32,789 nucleotides of DNA from Candidatus Woesearchaeota archaeon (GTDB taxonomy: Archaea > Nanobdellota > Nanobdellia > Pacearchaeales > GW2011-AR1). Positions 1 to 8,029 of this stretch are shown piece by piece. The stretch spans positions 1 through 32,789 of the forward strand of contig CAZUQL010000002.1 of the NCBI GenBank assembly GCA_964622565.1. The letters are read 5' to 3'. Below the pieces are notes generated by a model. That model was given only the letters and a program-made list of their open reading frames with translations, did not search any database and had not been told where the DNA came from. Positions within the stretch are counted from its first letter, which is position 1. Every line of letters starts with the position of its first letter. The position numbers were made by a program, and so were the translations under genes.

Positions 1-332
1 TCAATTATTTGTAAATTTGAAGGTTGGATTTTTACATTTACTTTTGAACCATCTTGTTTTTTCGCCTGCACTGAATCAATATAAACTTTTGAAAGTTTAG
101 TGAATACCCGAATTATTTTTCCTTCTTGTTTTTTGAACTTTCCAACTTGAATTTTAACTTTATCTCCCTTTCTTACAACCACATTCCGTTTCCCATATTT
201 TTTTCTAAGTTCTTTTGAAAGATTAACTGAAAGGAATTTTTTCCTAATATGTAACGGAGCATTAGCTCTAAATTTCCTCTGCTTTCGAGGCTGTTTACTT
301 GCTTCCCATTTTTTTGAAAATTTTGATTTCAT
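1..332 (-). CDS. rpl24: 50S ribosomal protein uL24 (L24), 3' end cut by window edge
   Basis: Absent from the ORF track because there is no stop inside the window. ATG at 332-330, one nt after the uL14 stop (TAAAATG junction). Hand translation [33 protein letters not shown]...[27 protein letters not shown] shows the KOW motif. Follows uL14 as in archaeal spc-type operons. Confidence 0.85.
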   Translation of the reverse strand, partial: MKSKFSKKWEASKQPRKQRKFRANAPLHIRKKFLSVNLSKELRKKYGKRNVVVRKGDKVKIQVGKFKKQEGKIIRVFTKLSKVYIDSVQAKKQDGSKVNVKIQPSNLQII

Positions 333-333
333 T

Positions 334-735
334 TTAGTAAACACTCCCTGCAAGTTTTGCAACTGAAGGCCATCGTTCTTGAACCTCTCTTGCTACTGGA
401 CCCTTAATCTGAGTTCCTTTTGGATTTCCTTTTTCATCTTTTAAGATTACAACTGCATTATCTTCAAACATAACTCTTTCTCCTGTTTTTCTTTTGTAGG
501 GTTTTTTCTGTCTAATCACGACCGCGTCGAAAACCTTCCCCTTCATATCTGGAATTCCTTTTCTAATTGATACTTTAACCCAATCTGCAATTTTTGCAGC
601 TGTCTGCTTTCCTTTTTTTGCTTTTGATTTTTTAACTCCAACTATCTTAACCAGCTTTGCTCCACTATTATCCGCTGCAATCATCTTAGCTCCTAAATTT
701 AATCCTTCTGTTCCTCGTGCACTTATTGCTTTCAT
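334..735 (-). CDS. rpl14: 50S ribosomal protein uL14
   Basis: 133 aa. ...[47 protein letters not shown]... is typical uL14. Sits between uS17 and uL24. Confidence 0.95.
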   Translation of the reverse strand: MKAISARGTEGLNLGAKMIAADNSGAKLVKIVGVKKSKAKKGKQTAAKIADWVKVSIRKGIPDMKGKVFDAVVIRQKKPYKRKTGERVMFEDNAVVILKDEKGNPKGTQIKGPVAREVQERWPSVAKLAGSVY

Positions 736-1103
736 TTTTTACTCTCCTTAATCTTACTTTTTTGAACTTTACCTAAAACCACAAAGTGAATTATCTTACT
801 TAACGGTCGACATTCTTGAATCCTTACTAAATCTCCAATTTGAATTTCCTCTTTCATACAATGCGGAAGCCGTGCATGAAGTTTTGTTTTAGACTTTGCA
901 TATCTTTCATATTTGTGAATATAAACAGTTCTTTCAAACTCAATTGTAATTCTTTTGTCAAACTTTCTAATTACTTTTCCCTCGAAGATTCTTCCTCGAG
1001 CTTTTAATCTTCCGTGGATAAAGCAATCTCTGTCTTTACATTCTTGAGCTTTCACTATAGTTTTTTCTTTTTCCATCTTTGTTTTTTGTTCTATTTTTTT
1101 CAT
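732..1103 (-). CDS. rps17: 30S ribosomal protein uS17
   Basis: 123 aa. ...GRLKARGRIFEGKVIRKFDKRITIEFERTVYIHKYERYAKSKTKLHARLP...GDLVRIQECRPLSK is the uS17 OB fold. 4-nt overlap with uL14. Confidence 0.9.
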   Translation of the reverse strand: MKKIEQKTKMEKEKTIVKAQECKDRDCFIHGRLKARGRIFEGKVIRKFDKRITIEFERTVYIHKYERYAKSKTKLHARLPHCMKEEIQIGDLVRIQECRPLSKIIHFVVLGKVQKSKIKESKK

Positions 1104-1117
1104 TTTGTTGTTGCGAT

Positions 1118-1417
1118 TTAATCTTCTATTGAAGATTCATCAAATCCAAGCTTAACCAAAATTGGTCTTACTTTTTTTTGATGGTCTCCCATCAGTTCTA
1201 TGGTGCCATTTTTCAATGTACCACCGCACGCAAGTTCGTTTTTTAGTGACTTTGAGATTGACTTGAGGTCAACGCCCTTATCCAATCCCTGAACTTGGGT
1301 TGTCAGTTTCCCATATCTTCTCTTCTCTGTTGTCACTTTTATTCTTTGCGCACTTTTAACAATCTGTTCGCACACACAGGCTTGCTCAGGCAAACCACAT
1401 TTTGGGCATATTTCCAT
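1118..1417 (-). CDS. translation initiation factor aIF1 / SUI1
   Basis: 99 aa. N-terminal CPKCG...CVC knuckle, then ...IKVTTEKRRYGKLTTQVQGL...LKNELACGGTLKNGTIELMGDH, the SUI1 fold signature. SUI1 sits after uL29 in many archaeal r-protein operons. Confidence 0.9.
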   Translation of the reverse strand: MEICPKCGLPEQACVCEQIVKSAQRIKVTTEKRRYGKLTTQVQGLDKGVDLKSISKSLKNELACGGTLKNGTIELMGDHQKKVRPILVKLGFDESSIED

Positions 1418-1419
1418 TG

Positions 1420-1641
1420 TTATTTGTGTTTCTCTCCCTTCTGTTTAGTCAGGTGAGCTTTTTCATTCATTGTCTTGAATGTATTTATTCTTGCGATTAT
1501 CTTCTTTATCTCTTTTGCCTTCGTTGTTCCCTTTGTAGGATTTCCTTTACTTTTTATTAATTCAATTTTAAGTTCTTTTTCTTTCTTTCCCAATTCCTTT
1601 ATATCCATTTTTTGAAGGTCTTTGAATTTTAATGTGCTCAT
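1420..1641 (-). CDS. rpl29: 50S ribosomal protein uL29
   Basis: 73 aa helical basic protein (LKFKDLQKMDIKELGKKEKELKIELIK...). Position between uS3 and SUI1. 4-nt overlap with uS3. Confidence 0.8.
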   Translation of the reverse strand: MSTLKFKDLQKMDIKELGKKEKELKIELIKSKGNPTKGTTKAKEIKKIIARINTFKTMNEKAHLTKQKGEKHK

Positions 1642-2366
1642 TTTTTCTCCTCCACAACACCCTCTCCAATTTCTTTCTTTTTAATCTTCTCTTTACTTAC
1701 TTTTTTCCCTTTTTTCTTTTCAACCTTTTCAATTGTAGAGTCTATTTTATTTTTATTTAATTTACTAATTAATTCGTCGTCGATTTTTATTTTATCATGG
1801 ATGTGTGCAGTTGGAACAAGTATACTTACTTTAATTCCCACACTTCCTGGTTTTGTTTGTGCTGTTGAATAAGCTTTATCTACCACCTTTGCACTATCTC
1901 CTGTTTTCTTTAAATATCCTTGTGCAAATCTCCAAGATTTTGCTCTTGAACTAGGAAGCTTCCCCCCTAATCTTATTTCTGTTCCCAACGCCCCGCCCTT
2001 CATAATTCTTTGAAGCGCCCGATACGCAATTACTTTAAACTTCAAAGGCCCCATTCTTTCCAAAGACATTGCAATATCGTCTGCCATCAACTGAGCATCA
2101 AATTCTGGTTTTAAAATTTCATCAATTTCAATATGTGGATTTTCCAATCCAAACCTTTTCTTTAAAACATAAGTCAACTCATTTATTCTTTCTCCTTTCT
2201 TTCCAATCACTAAACCTGGTTTATTTGTTGAAACAACAATTTTCTCTCCAACAGGAGTATACTCAATTCTAACTTTGCTGATTTTTCCTTTCCCAAGAGA
2301 ATTTTTTATGTACTCTCGAATAGAGTATTCTGCTTTCTTAAAATTTACAACATTTCTTTCTTCCAT
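1638..2366 (-). CDS. rps3: 30S ribosomal protein uS3
   Basis: 242 aa. KH-domain motif VIGKKGERINELT and ...GTEIRLGGKLPSSRAKSWRFAQGYLKKTG... Lys/Glu-rich C-terminal tail. Confidence 0.95.
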   Translation of the reverse strand: MEERNVVNFKKAEYSIREYIKNSLGKGKISKVRIEYTPVGEKIVVSTNKPGLVIGKKGERINELTYVLKKRFGLENPHIEIDEILKPEFDAQLMADDIAMSLERMGPLKFKVIAYRALQRIMKGGALGTEIRLGGKLPSSRAKSWRFAQGYLKKTGDSAKVVDKAYSTAQTKPGSVGIKVSILVPTAHIHDKIKIDDELISKLNKNKIDSTIEKVEKKKGKKVSKEKIKKKEIGEGVVEEKK

Positions 2367-2421
2367 TTAAATTAAATTCCCCCTAATTTGAATGTATGAA
2401 AATTTTGATTTTTCTTTCATT

Positions 2422-3057
2422 TTATTTTTTCTTCTCCTTATTTTCTTTTTTATCTTTAACTCTTTTAATTCCTGATTTTGCTTTCAAAGTTATATGTGTT
2501 CTTTTTCTTTGCCATCTTCCAAATCTTCCAAGGGGTTGTGAAGCTCGATTTGCAATTGCAGCACTAATCACTGGTTCGTCAATGTCATTGAAATTTGCAT
2601 TTCCTTTCAAACTTTTTAAAAGTGGAATAAATTCCCCTGCTGCTGCTTTTGGAAATTTACCTGACATCATTTTACCCTTTCTATGTGCATATTCTCCTCG
2701 CATTGGAACGGCTTTCCTTAATCTCTGTACTTGTTCTAAGTATTCCATCGCCTCGTCGATTTTTTTCCCTTTGATAAATCTACAAATCTCAATTGAATAT
2801 TTTGTTGAAACTCTTACACTTTTTGCATTTACAGAAACTTCTGCTTTTTTAATAACTGGACTTTTTTGAATTGGCTTTTTATTTTCTTTTTTCCCTTCGG
2901 TTTCATTTCTTTCTGTTTTCTCATTTGTTTCTTCAATTTTATTTTCCTTAATCTCTTTTTTCTGTTCTGCAACCTCGACTTTTTGTTTTGCGGCAGTTTT
3001 TTGGACCTTCATTGTCTTTGCTGTTTTCTGTTCGGGATTGTAATTTTTTTCAGTCAT
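2422..3057 (-). CDS. rpl22: 50S ribosomal protein uL22 with long Lys/Glu-rich N-terminal extension
   Basis: 211 aa. Core ...AKSVRVSTKYSIEICRFIKGKKIDEAMEYLEQV...RKAVPMRGEY...GRFGRWQRKRTHITL matches uL22. About 65 residues of low-complexity sequence precede it. Confidence 0.9.
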   Translation of the reverse strand: MTEKNYNPEQKTAKTMKVQKTAAKQKVEVAEQKKEIKENKIEETNEKTERNETEGKKENKKPIQKSPVIKKAEVSVNAKSVRVSTKYSIEICRFIKGKKIDEAMEYLEQVQRLRKAVPMRGEYAHRKGKMMSGKFPKAAAGEFIPLLKSLKGNANFNDIDEPVISAAIANRASQPLGRFGRWQRKRTHITLKAKSGIKRVKDKKENKEKKK

Positions 3058-3058
3058 T

Positions 3059-3466
3059 TTATTTTTTTGATTTCCCCTTTGAACCTTTTGTAGCCCCTAC
3101 TCCAGCGCTTCCATGTTTAATTCTTGCTCGTGTCGGAGAAAACTCACCTAATCTATGTCCTAACATTTCTCCTACCACTTCAAAAACAGTAAATCCTTTT
3201 CCACTATGAACTCCAATTTTCATTCCTACCATCTCAGGAACAATGATTAATTCTCTATCGTGTGTCTTTACTGCTTTATTTTTTCCGATTTTTTTATTTG
3301 CTCTCTTCAAGAAACTTTCAACCTCTTGGAAATGTCTCAATAAACTTCTCTTTCCTCTTGACGGAATAAGATTTGCAAATTCTCGCACTTCTAGTTTTTT
3401 GAGTTCCTCTACTGTTTTTCCTCGATAGGTGAATTCTTTCTTTTTGTGTATTTCTTGTTCAGTCAT
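3059..3466 (-). CDS. rps19: 30S ribosomal protein uS19
   Basis: 135 aa. ...VKTHDRELIIVPEMVGMKIGVHSGKGFTVFEVVGEMLGHRLGEFSPTR is typical uS19. TAAAATG junctions on both sides. Confidence 0.95.
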   Translation of the reverse strand: MTEQEIHKKKEFTYRGKTVEELKKLEVREFANLIPSRGKRSLLRHFQEVESFLKRANKKIGKNKAVKTHDRELIIVPEMVGMKIGVHSGKGFTVFEVVGEMLGHRLGEFSPTRARIKHGSAGVGATKGSKGKSKK

Positions 3467-3467
3467 T

Positions 3468-4175
3468 TTATTTTTTCTTTCCTGTTCGTTTAGGTCTAAT
3501 CAGTCCAACCTTTGCTCCGGGTGGCGCATTTCTCTTAGCGATTCTTGGTTTTGGAACTTTTCCACGTCCTGAACCAAATGGATGATCAATTGCATTCATC
3601 TTCACTGCTGAAGTTCTTGGCCATAATTTTCCCTTTGATTTTTTTAAATGATATTTTGTTCCTGCTTTTACAAATGGCTTTTCTAATCTTCCTGCTCCTG
3701 CGCAAACTCCTATTGTTGCTCTGCATTCTCCCCTAAACTTTTTCTCTTTTTTTGAAGGAAGAATCACAAAGACATCGTCATTAACAATTCTATTTATAAT
3801 TGCAGAACTTCCCCCCGCTTTAATAAGTTTACCCCCGTCCCCATTTCTTGTTTCAAGATTGTAAACTCTTGTTCCAATTGGAATTTCTTTTAACTTGATT
3901 ATGTTTCCCTCTTTAATTTCCTTTCCTCCGAGTTCTATCTCTTGTCCCTCTACCATTCCTTTAAATGCAGGCATGAAAAAACAAAACTTTTTCTTATCTA
4001 AACATTCAACTTTAGCTAACGGCGCAGTATGTGCAGTAGAATTAATTAATTTTATTACAATTCCTTTTCCATCAAATGATTGGGGATATTGAACAAGATA
4101 TTTATATCCTCTTCTCCGAACTTTGTAAGTATTTGATCCTCTTCCCCGCCGCTGTTGAATAATTCTCTTTCCCAT
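3468..4175 (-). CDS. rpl2: 50S ribosomal protein uL2
   Basis: 235 aa. ...GDGGKLIKAGGSSAII..., ...WPRTSAVKMNAIDHPFGSGRG... are uL2 hallmarks. Confidence 0.97.
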   Translation of the reverse strand: MGKRIIQQRRGRGSNTYKVRRRGYKYLVQYPQSFDGKGIVIKLINSTAHTAPLAKVECLDKKKFCFFMPAFKGMVEGQEIELGGKEIKEGNIIKLKEIPIGTRVYNLETRNGDGGKLIKAGGSSAIINRIVNDDVFVILPSKKEKKFRGECRATIGVCAGAGRLEKPFVKAGTKYHLKKSKGKLWPRTSAVKMNAIDHPFGSGRGKVPKPRIAKRNAPPGAKVGLIRPKRTGKKK

Positions 4176-4417
4176 TATATTACCCCCAATTTAGTTGCAA
4201 CATCCATTGCAGGATTTTGCCTTTTTAATTTTACATAAGCATATTTTTTATTATTTCGGATTTGTGTTCTAACTAATTCAACTTTAACATCAAACAGATC
4301 TTCAATTTCTTTTTTTATTTCTGTACGTGTTGAAATTCTTTCGGTAGTAAAACTTAGTGTGTTTTGCGTTTCAATGAGCATAACTGCCTTTTCTGTTACA
4401 AGCGGTTTTAAATTCAT
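4175..4417 (-). CDS. rpl23: 50S ribosomal protein uL23
   Basis: 80 aa. LKPLVTEKAVMLIETQNTLSFTT...KKEIEDLFDVKV...KKYAYVKL. Position between uL4 and uL2. Confidence 0.9.
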   Translation of the reverse strand: MNLKPLVTEKAVMLIETQNTLSFTTERISTRTEIKKEIEDLFDVKVELVRTQIRNNKKYAYVKLKRQNPAMDVATKLGVI

Positions 4418-5196
4418 TTTATTCTTTCTCCCATCTCTTTAATTGCGTTTTCAGTATAAACAACTAACCTTCCAACGCCTCCCTTAGCAAGATCAGTAAC
4501 TGAAACAAACTTAGCTTTATTTACTTCAATTCCATTTAATTTTGGATTTTCTTTTTGTCCTACAACTAGCAACATTCCTGCAGACTTTTTGTATTTCCTT
4601 CCTCGCATTTTACCTTTCCCTGCTCGTATTCTTTTCTTTGGAATAGCAATCTCAAAAACATCTTCTCCAAGTATTTTTTTCAGTCCATCTTTAAATTGTT
4701 TTGCTTTATCAAACTTAAAATCAATTACAAAAGGAGCTTGTTTAATTTCTGTCTTTAGACTTGTATATTTTTTACTTATCATCTTTGGATTTGCAGTTGC
4801 ACTTAATGCTGATTCTAATGCGATTCTTAATTCTTTTTTGTTTATCTTTAAATCTGAAATTTTATTCTTTGGGGGATGAGCTCTTCTACCTCCAACTGTT
4901 GAAGGAATCTCTGCCGCTTGCCAATTAAATCTTGTTCCTCTTCGAGAAAAAATCTTTCTTGGAACTCTAGACATCCCTGCACCATAACCACTTCTCCAAA
5001 CATGTCTTCGATGAACTACCTTTCCTTGAGCTTTTTGTTGTCGTCCCGCAATTGGAGAACATGAATAAGGCTGCATCTTTTTCTGAGTTTCTAATACTTT
5101 ACAAACAATATCTTCTCTAACCTTCTTAGAAAAACATTTAGGCAATTCAATTTCCTTTCCTGCCTTTCCGTCTATTGAATAAATTTTTGTTTTCAT
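4414..5196 (-). CDS. rpl4: 50S ribosomal protein uL4
   Basis: 260 aa. ...GRQQKAQGKVVHRRHVWRSGYGAGMSRVPRK...GGRRAHPPK... is archaeal uL4. Overlaps uL3 and uL23 by 4 nt. Confidence 0.93.
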   Translation of the reverse strand: MKTKIYSIDGKAGKEIELPKCFSKKVREDIVCKVLETQKKMQPYSCSPIAGRQQKAQGKVVHRRHVWRSGYGAGMSRVPRKIFSRRGTRFNWQAAEIPSTVGGRRAHPPKNKISDLKINKKELRIALESALSATANPKMISKKYTSLKTEIKQAPFVIDFKFDKAKQFKDGLKKILGEDVFEIAIPKKRIRAGKGKMRGRKYKKSAGMLLVVGQKENPKLNGIEVNKAKFVSVTDLAKGGVGRLVVYTENAIKEMGERIK

Positions 5197-6137
5197 TTCA
5201 AAACCCTCACAAATTCATAATCTTTCTTTTTTTGTTTTTTACTTTCCCTTAAAGGAAACGAAACAATTAATTGTCTTTTCGAAGCTCCTTGAACTGAACC
5301 ACGAACAAGAATGTAATCTGATTTAGTATTTCCATAATTTTTTATGTCTTTAATTGGATCTTCTTTTCCACCGATTTTTATAATCTTAAAATTATAATGT
5401 GCCCGAGTAAACATTCCTAATTGTCCTGCCATAGGAACTCGAAAAGTTACTCTCGCTGGATGCCACGGACCAATTGAACCTGGACGCCTTTGACCTTTCT
5501 CTGACTTATGATCTTTTAAATGAATTCCAAATCTTTTTACTGGTCCTTGTAACCCCTTTCCCCGTGTTAAACCACGAATATCTACAAGTTGTTTGTCTTC
5601 AAGAATTTCTGACGCTAAAATATCTTTCCCAATTTTATCTTTTACAAAATTAAACTTTTCTTCCTTTGTTCCAACTAATCCAAACTCAGCAATATCCGGA
5701 GTTTTCTTAATCCCTGTTTTCTTAACTTGAGAATATGCAACCACAGAAATGTCATCATAATCTTCAGATTTAACTTCCTCAATTTTTTTAGAATAATTTT
5801 TTGGTAATTTTAATTTTGATTTAAGTTCTTTATCAAGAGAATTAGAAAGAATATCTTGAGCCACCACCCCATTTTTATAAAATCGAACACCCAAAATCTT
5901 TAGTCCAGGTATTTCAATAATTGTTGAAGGAACTATAATTTGTTTTCCTTTTGTCATAGAATCCGGTGTATTATCTTTAACTAAAACAGAAACCATTCCT
6001 GCTTTATATCCAATCATCCCCTTAAGATTTTTTCCAGAAGAAATAGCATTCCAGTTTACTCTAGGCAGAATTTTCCTAGCCCTTTTTCGAGGCCAAAACT
6101 GCAAGCTTCCTTTTCTCGGTGATTTTCTTGTTGGCAT
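5193..6137 (-). CDS. rpl3: 50S ribosomal protein uL3
   Basis: 314 aa. PRKGSLQFWPRKRA..., ...TRGKGLQGPVKRFGIHLKDHKSEKGQRRPGSIGPWHPARV... is archaeal uL3. First r-protein gene of the operon. Confidence 0.95.
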   Translation of the reverse strand: MPTRKSPRKGSLQFWPRKRARKILPRVNWNAISSGKNLKGMIGYKAGMVSVLVKDNTPDSMTKGKQIIVPSTIIEIPGLKILGVRFYKNGVVAQDILSNSLDKELKSKLKLPKNYSKKIEEVKSEDYDDISVVAYSQVKKTGIKKTPDIAEFGLVGTKEEKFNFVKDKIGKDILASEILEDKQLVDIRGLTRGKGLQGPVKRFGIHLKDHKSEKGQRRPGSIGPWHPARVTFRVPMAGQLGMFTRAHYNFKIIKIGGKEDPIKDIKNYGNTKSDYILVRGSVQGASKRQLIVSFPLRESKKQKKKDYEFVRVLK

Positions 6138-6227
6138 CTTTTCTTATTATAATTTTCAATAAATGATACATTTTACACCCTGGAATAGAATACTTAGAAA
6201 AAGAGGGTTTTTAAATCTAATCCTTTC

Positions 6228-6935
6228 TCACGCACGAAACTCAAACTCTCTTTTTGTAGGAACTTCATCAATTATTCCTTCACGAAGAATTTTTCCAATT
6301 CTTATCGATCTTTCTCTTATTAATGCAAAATCTTCACTTTTTTTTAGACTCTCTGGAATCTCTATTTTTTCAATAAAAAAAGTGTGTTTTATTTCTGCTT
6401 TTTTGAAATCAGGTTTCTCAAACACAAAACTCCCCCCCAAATTCTTATCGGTTGTAATAAGTTTACAAAAATCTGCTTTAGGAGCTGCATCCCCCTTTCC
6501 AGGTTTTCCCGATTTCGGGGCCTTGGGTTTTATTTTTAACTTGTCTCCATTTGGCATTTCAAAACTTAATCCAAAAAAACTTTTTGGAAACTTATCGACT
6601 ATTTCAAGAATTTCCTTTCCACTCATTTCTTTGTCAATTAAATATCTCTTAACTCCTTGAAACTGTTTCTTTTCTTTGAAGTCAATTTCTCCAGTTAGAT
6701 CTGAAGTAGAAACAATTGCCCCCATCACCCTCGTTGTCTTTTCTTTAATTACCCTGCCAAATTCTTTTACTAATTCATTTGCAAACTCTGAACTTGTATT
6801 TATTGTGTATTTCTCTCCCACCCTCTTTGCATTTATTATTGCCCGATTCCGAAATTCTCCTTTACTAAATTTCATAAACTGCAAATGCAAATCCTCATCC
6901 TCTTTTTTATCAAACGCCTTTTTTATAAAATTCAT
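6228..6935 (-). CDS. hypothetical protein co-oriented with and immediately upstream of rpl3
   Basis: 235-aa ORF with protein-like composition. Two halves are joined by a Pro/Lys/Gly linker (KPKAPKSGKPGKGDAAPKAD). I recognise no family motif. Confidence 0.6.
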   Translation of the reverse strand: MNFIKKAFDKKEDEDLHLQFMKFSKGEFRNRAIINAKRVGEKYTINTSSEFANELVKEFGRVIKEKTTRVMGAIVSTSDLTGEIDFKEKKQFQGVKRYLIDKEMSGKEILEIVDKFPKSFFGLSFEMPNGDKLKIKPKAPKSGKPGKGDAAPKADFCKLITTDKNLGGSFVFEKPDFKKAEIKHTFFIEKIEIPESLKKSEDFALIRERSIRIGKILREGIIDEVPTKREFEFRA

Positions 6936-6980
6936 AACTTCAAAAAATCTATCTACTTTTTAAAAGTTTCCAAAGATAAC

Positions 6981-6987
6981 TTTATAA
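6981..6987. promoter_or_regulatory. candidate shared TATA element (TTTATAA) in divergent intergenic region
   Basis: Near-palindromic CTTTATAAG lies about 25 nt upstream of the + strand ATG at 7010 and about 48 nt upstream of the - strand ATG at 6935. A/T-rich box at archaeal promoter distance. Confidence 0.35.
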
Positions 6988-7009
6988 GTCAGCCACCCCT
7001 TAATATTTT

Positions 7010-8026
7010 ATGAAAGAAGAATATTCTAAACAAATAATGAGCACAGGCATAATTATTGTTTTGGTAATATTATCTTTCTTTTTACTTAAACCAATTTTAC
7101 TTTCCATTATAACCGGAACAATTTTAGCATTTCTATTTTTCCCAATACAAAAGAAGATTAACTCAAAAATAAAATCTGAAACAATCTCGGTTTCAATTAT
7201 TACTGTTTCGGTTATTCTTGTGCTAGGAATTCTTCTATGGATTTTAATTCCTCTCGCTGTTGAACAATCTTTCAAATTCTTTTTAGCAACCCAACAGCTT
7301 GATTTAGTTCACGCAATGCAGAATTTATTTCCCTTTTTGAAATCTGAAAATTTTTCAAACGAAATAGGAAATGTGCTTCAGGCATTTATCAATAAAGCGA
7401 TCAATTATGTTCTAAATTTTTTCTCCCAACTTCTCTTTGACCTTCCAGTTATCTTTTTACATCTAACTGTTGTATTTTTCACTTTCTTTTTTGTTTTAAG
7501 GGATAGAAGACAATTAGTGAATTATATTCGAAGCCTGATTCCATTTTCAAAAGAGATTCAAGAAAAATTATTTCAACAATCCAAAGACATAACTATCTCA
7601 GTAATCTATGGGCAGATTATTGTAGGAATTGTCCAAGGAATTATTGCAGGAATAGGATTTTTTATCTTTAAGGTTCCTAATGCATTTTTTATGACCCTTC
7701 TTGCAATTGCTGCAGGAGTTTTCCCAATTATTGGAACTACTCTTGTTTGGATTCCTGTTACAATTTATTTGTTATTAGCGGGGAATACCCTCGCTGCATT
7801 AGGAGTAATCATATTTGGTTCTATTTCCTCTTCAATTGAACAAGTACTTAGACCCATAATTGTTTCAAGAAGAGTATGCCTTCATTCCTCTGTTGTTTTA
7901 ATTGGGATGATTGGGGGACTTTTCTTATTCGGAATCCTTGGTTTTATTCTAGGTCCATTAATCTTAGCATACCTTTTAGTTTTACTTGATGTTTATCGAA
8001 ATAAAAAGAGCTGTTTTTTTATTTAA
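7010..8026 (+). CDS. AI-2E family transporter (PerM/UPF0118-like permease)
   Basis: 338 aa, polytopic. Central ...FFTFFFVLRDRRQLVNYIRSLIPFSKE... and C-terminal ...VWIPVTIYLL...RPIIVSRRV... resemble the AI-2E/PerM family. Confidence 0.8.
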   Translation: MKEEYSKQIMSTGIIIVLVILSFFLLKPILLSIITGTILAFLFFPIQKKINSKIKSETISVSIITVSVILVLGILLWILIPLAVEQSFKFFLATQQLDLVHAMQNLFPFLKSENFSNEIGNVLQAFINKAINYVLNFFSQLLFDLPVIFLHLTVVFFTFFFVLRDRRQLVNYIRSLIPFSKEIQEKLFQQSKDITISVIYGQIIVGIVQGIIAGIGFFIFKVPNAFFMTLLAIAAGVFPIIGTTLVWIPVTIYLLLAGNTLAALGVIIFGSISSSIEQVLRPIIVSRRVCLHSSVVLIGMIGGLFLFGILGFILGPLILAYLLVLLDVYRNKKSCFFI

Positions 8027-8029
8027 GCT

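Noticed and set aside
2069-4879. Multiple + strand ORFs (2069-2272, 2396-2869, 2866-3093, 2988-3209, 3243-3428, 3545-3736, 3895-4092, 4589-4879) inside the ribosomal operon
   Set aside because: All are antisense to unambiguous r-protein genes and have Phe/Leu/Ser-rich shadow composition.
6163-6963. 165-aa and 95-aa + strand ORFs overlapping the 235-aa minus-strand gene
   Set aside because: These are shadow ORFs with Phe/Ser/Ile/Leu-rich composition typical of the antisense of Lys/Glu-rich genes. There is no start context.
7000-7275. 91-aa minus-strand ORF overlapping the 5' end of the AI-2E permease gene
   Set aside because: It is an antisense shadow of a membrane-protein gene, and its start would sit inside the divergent promoter region.
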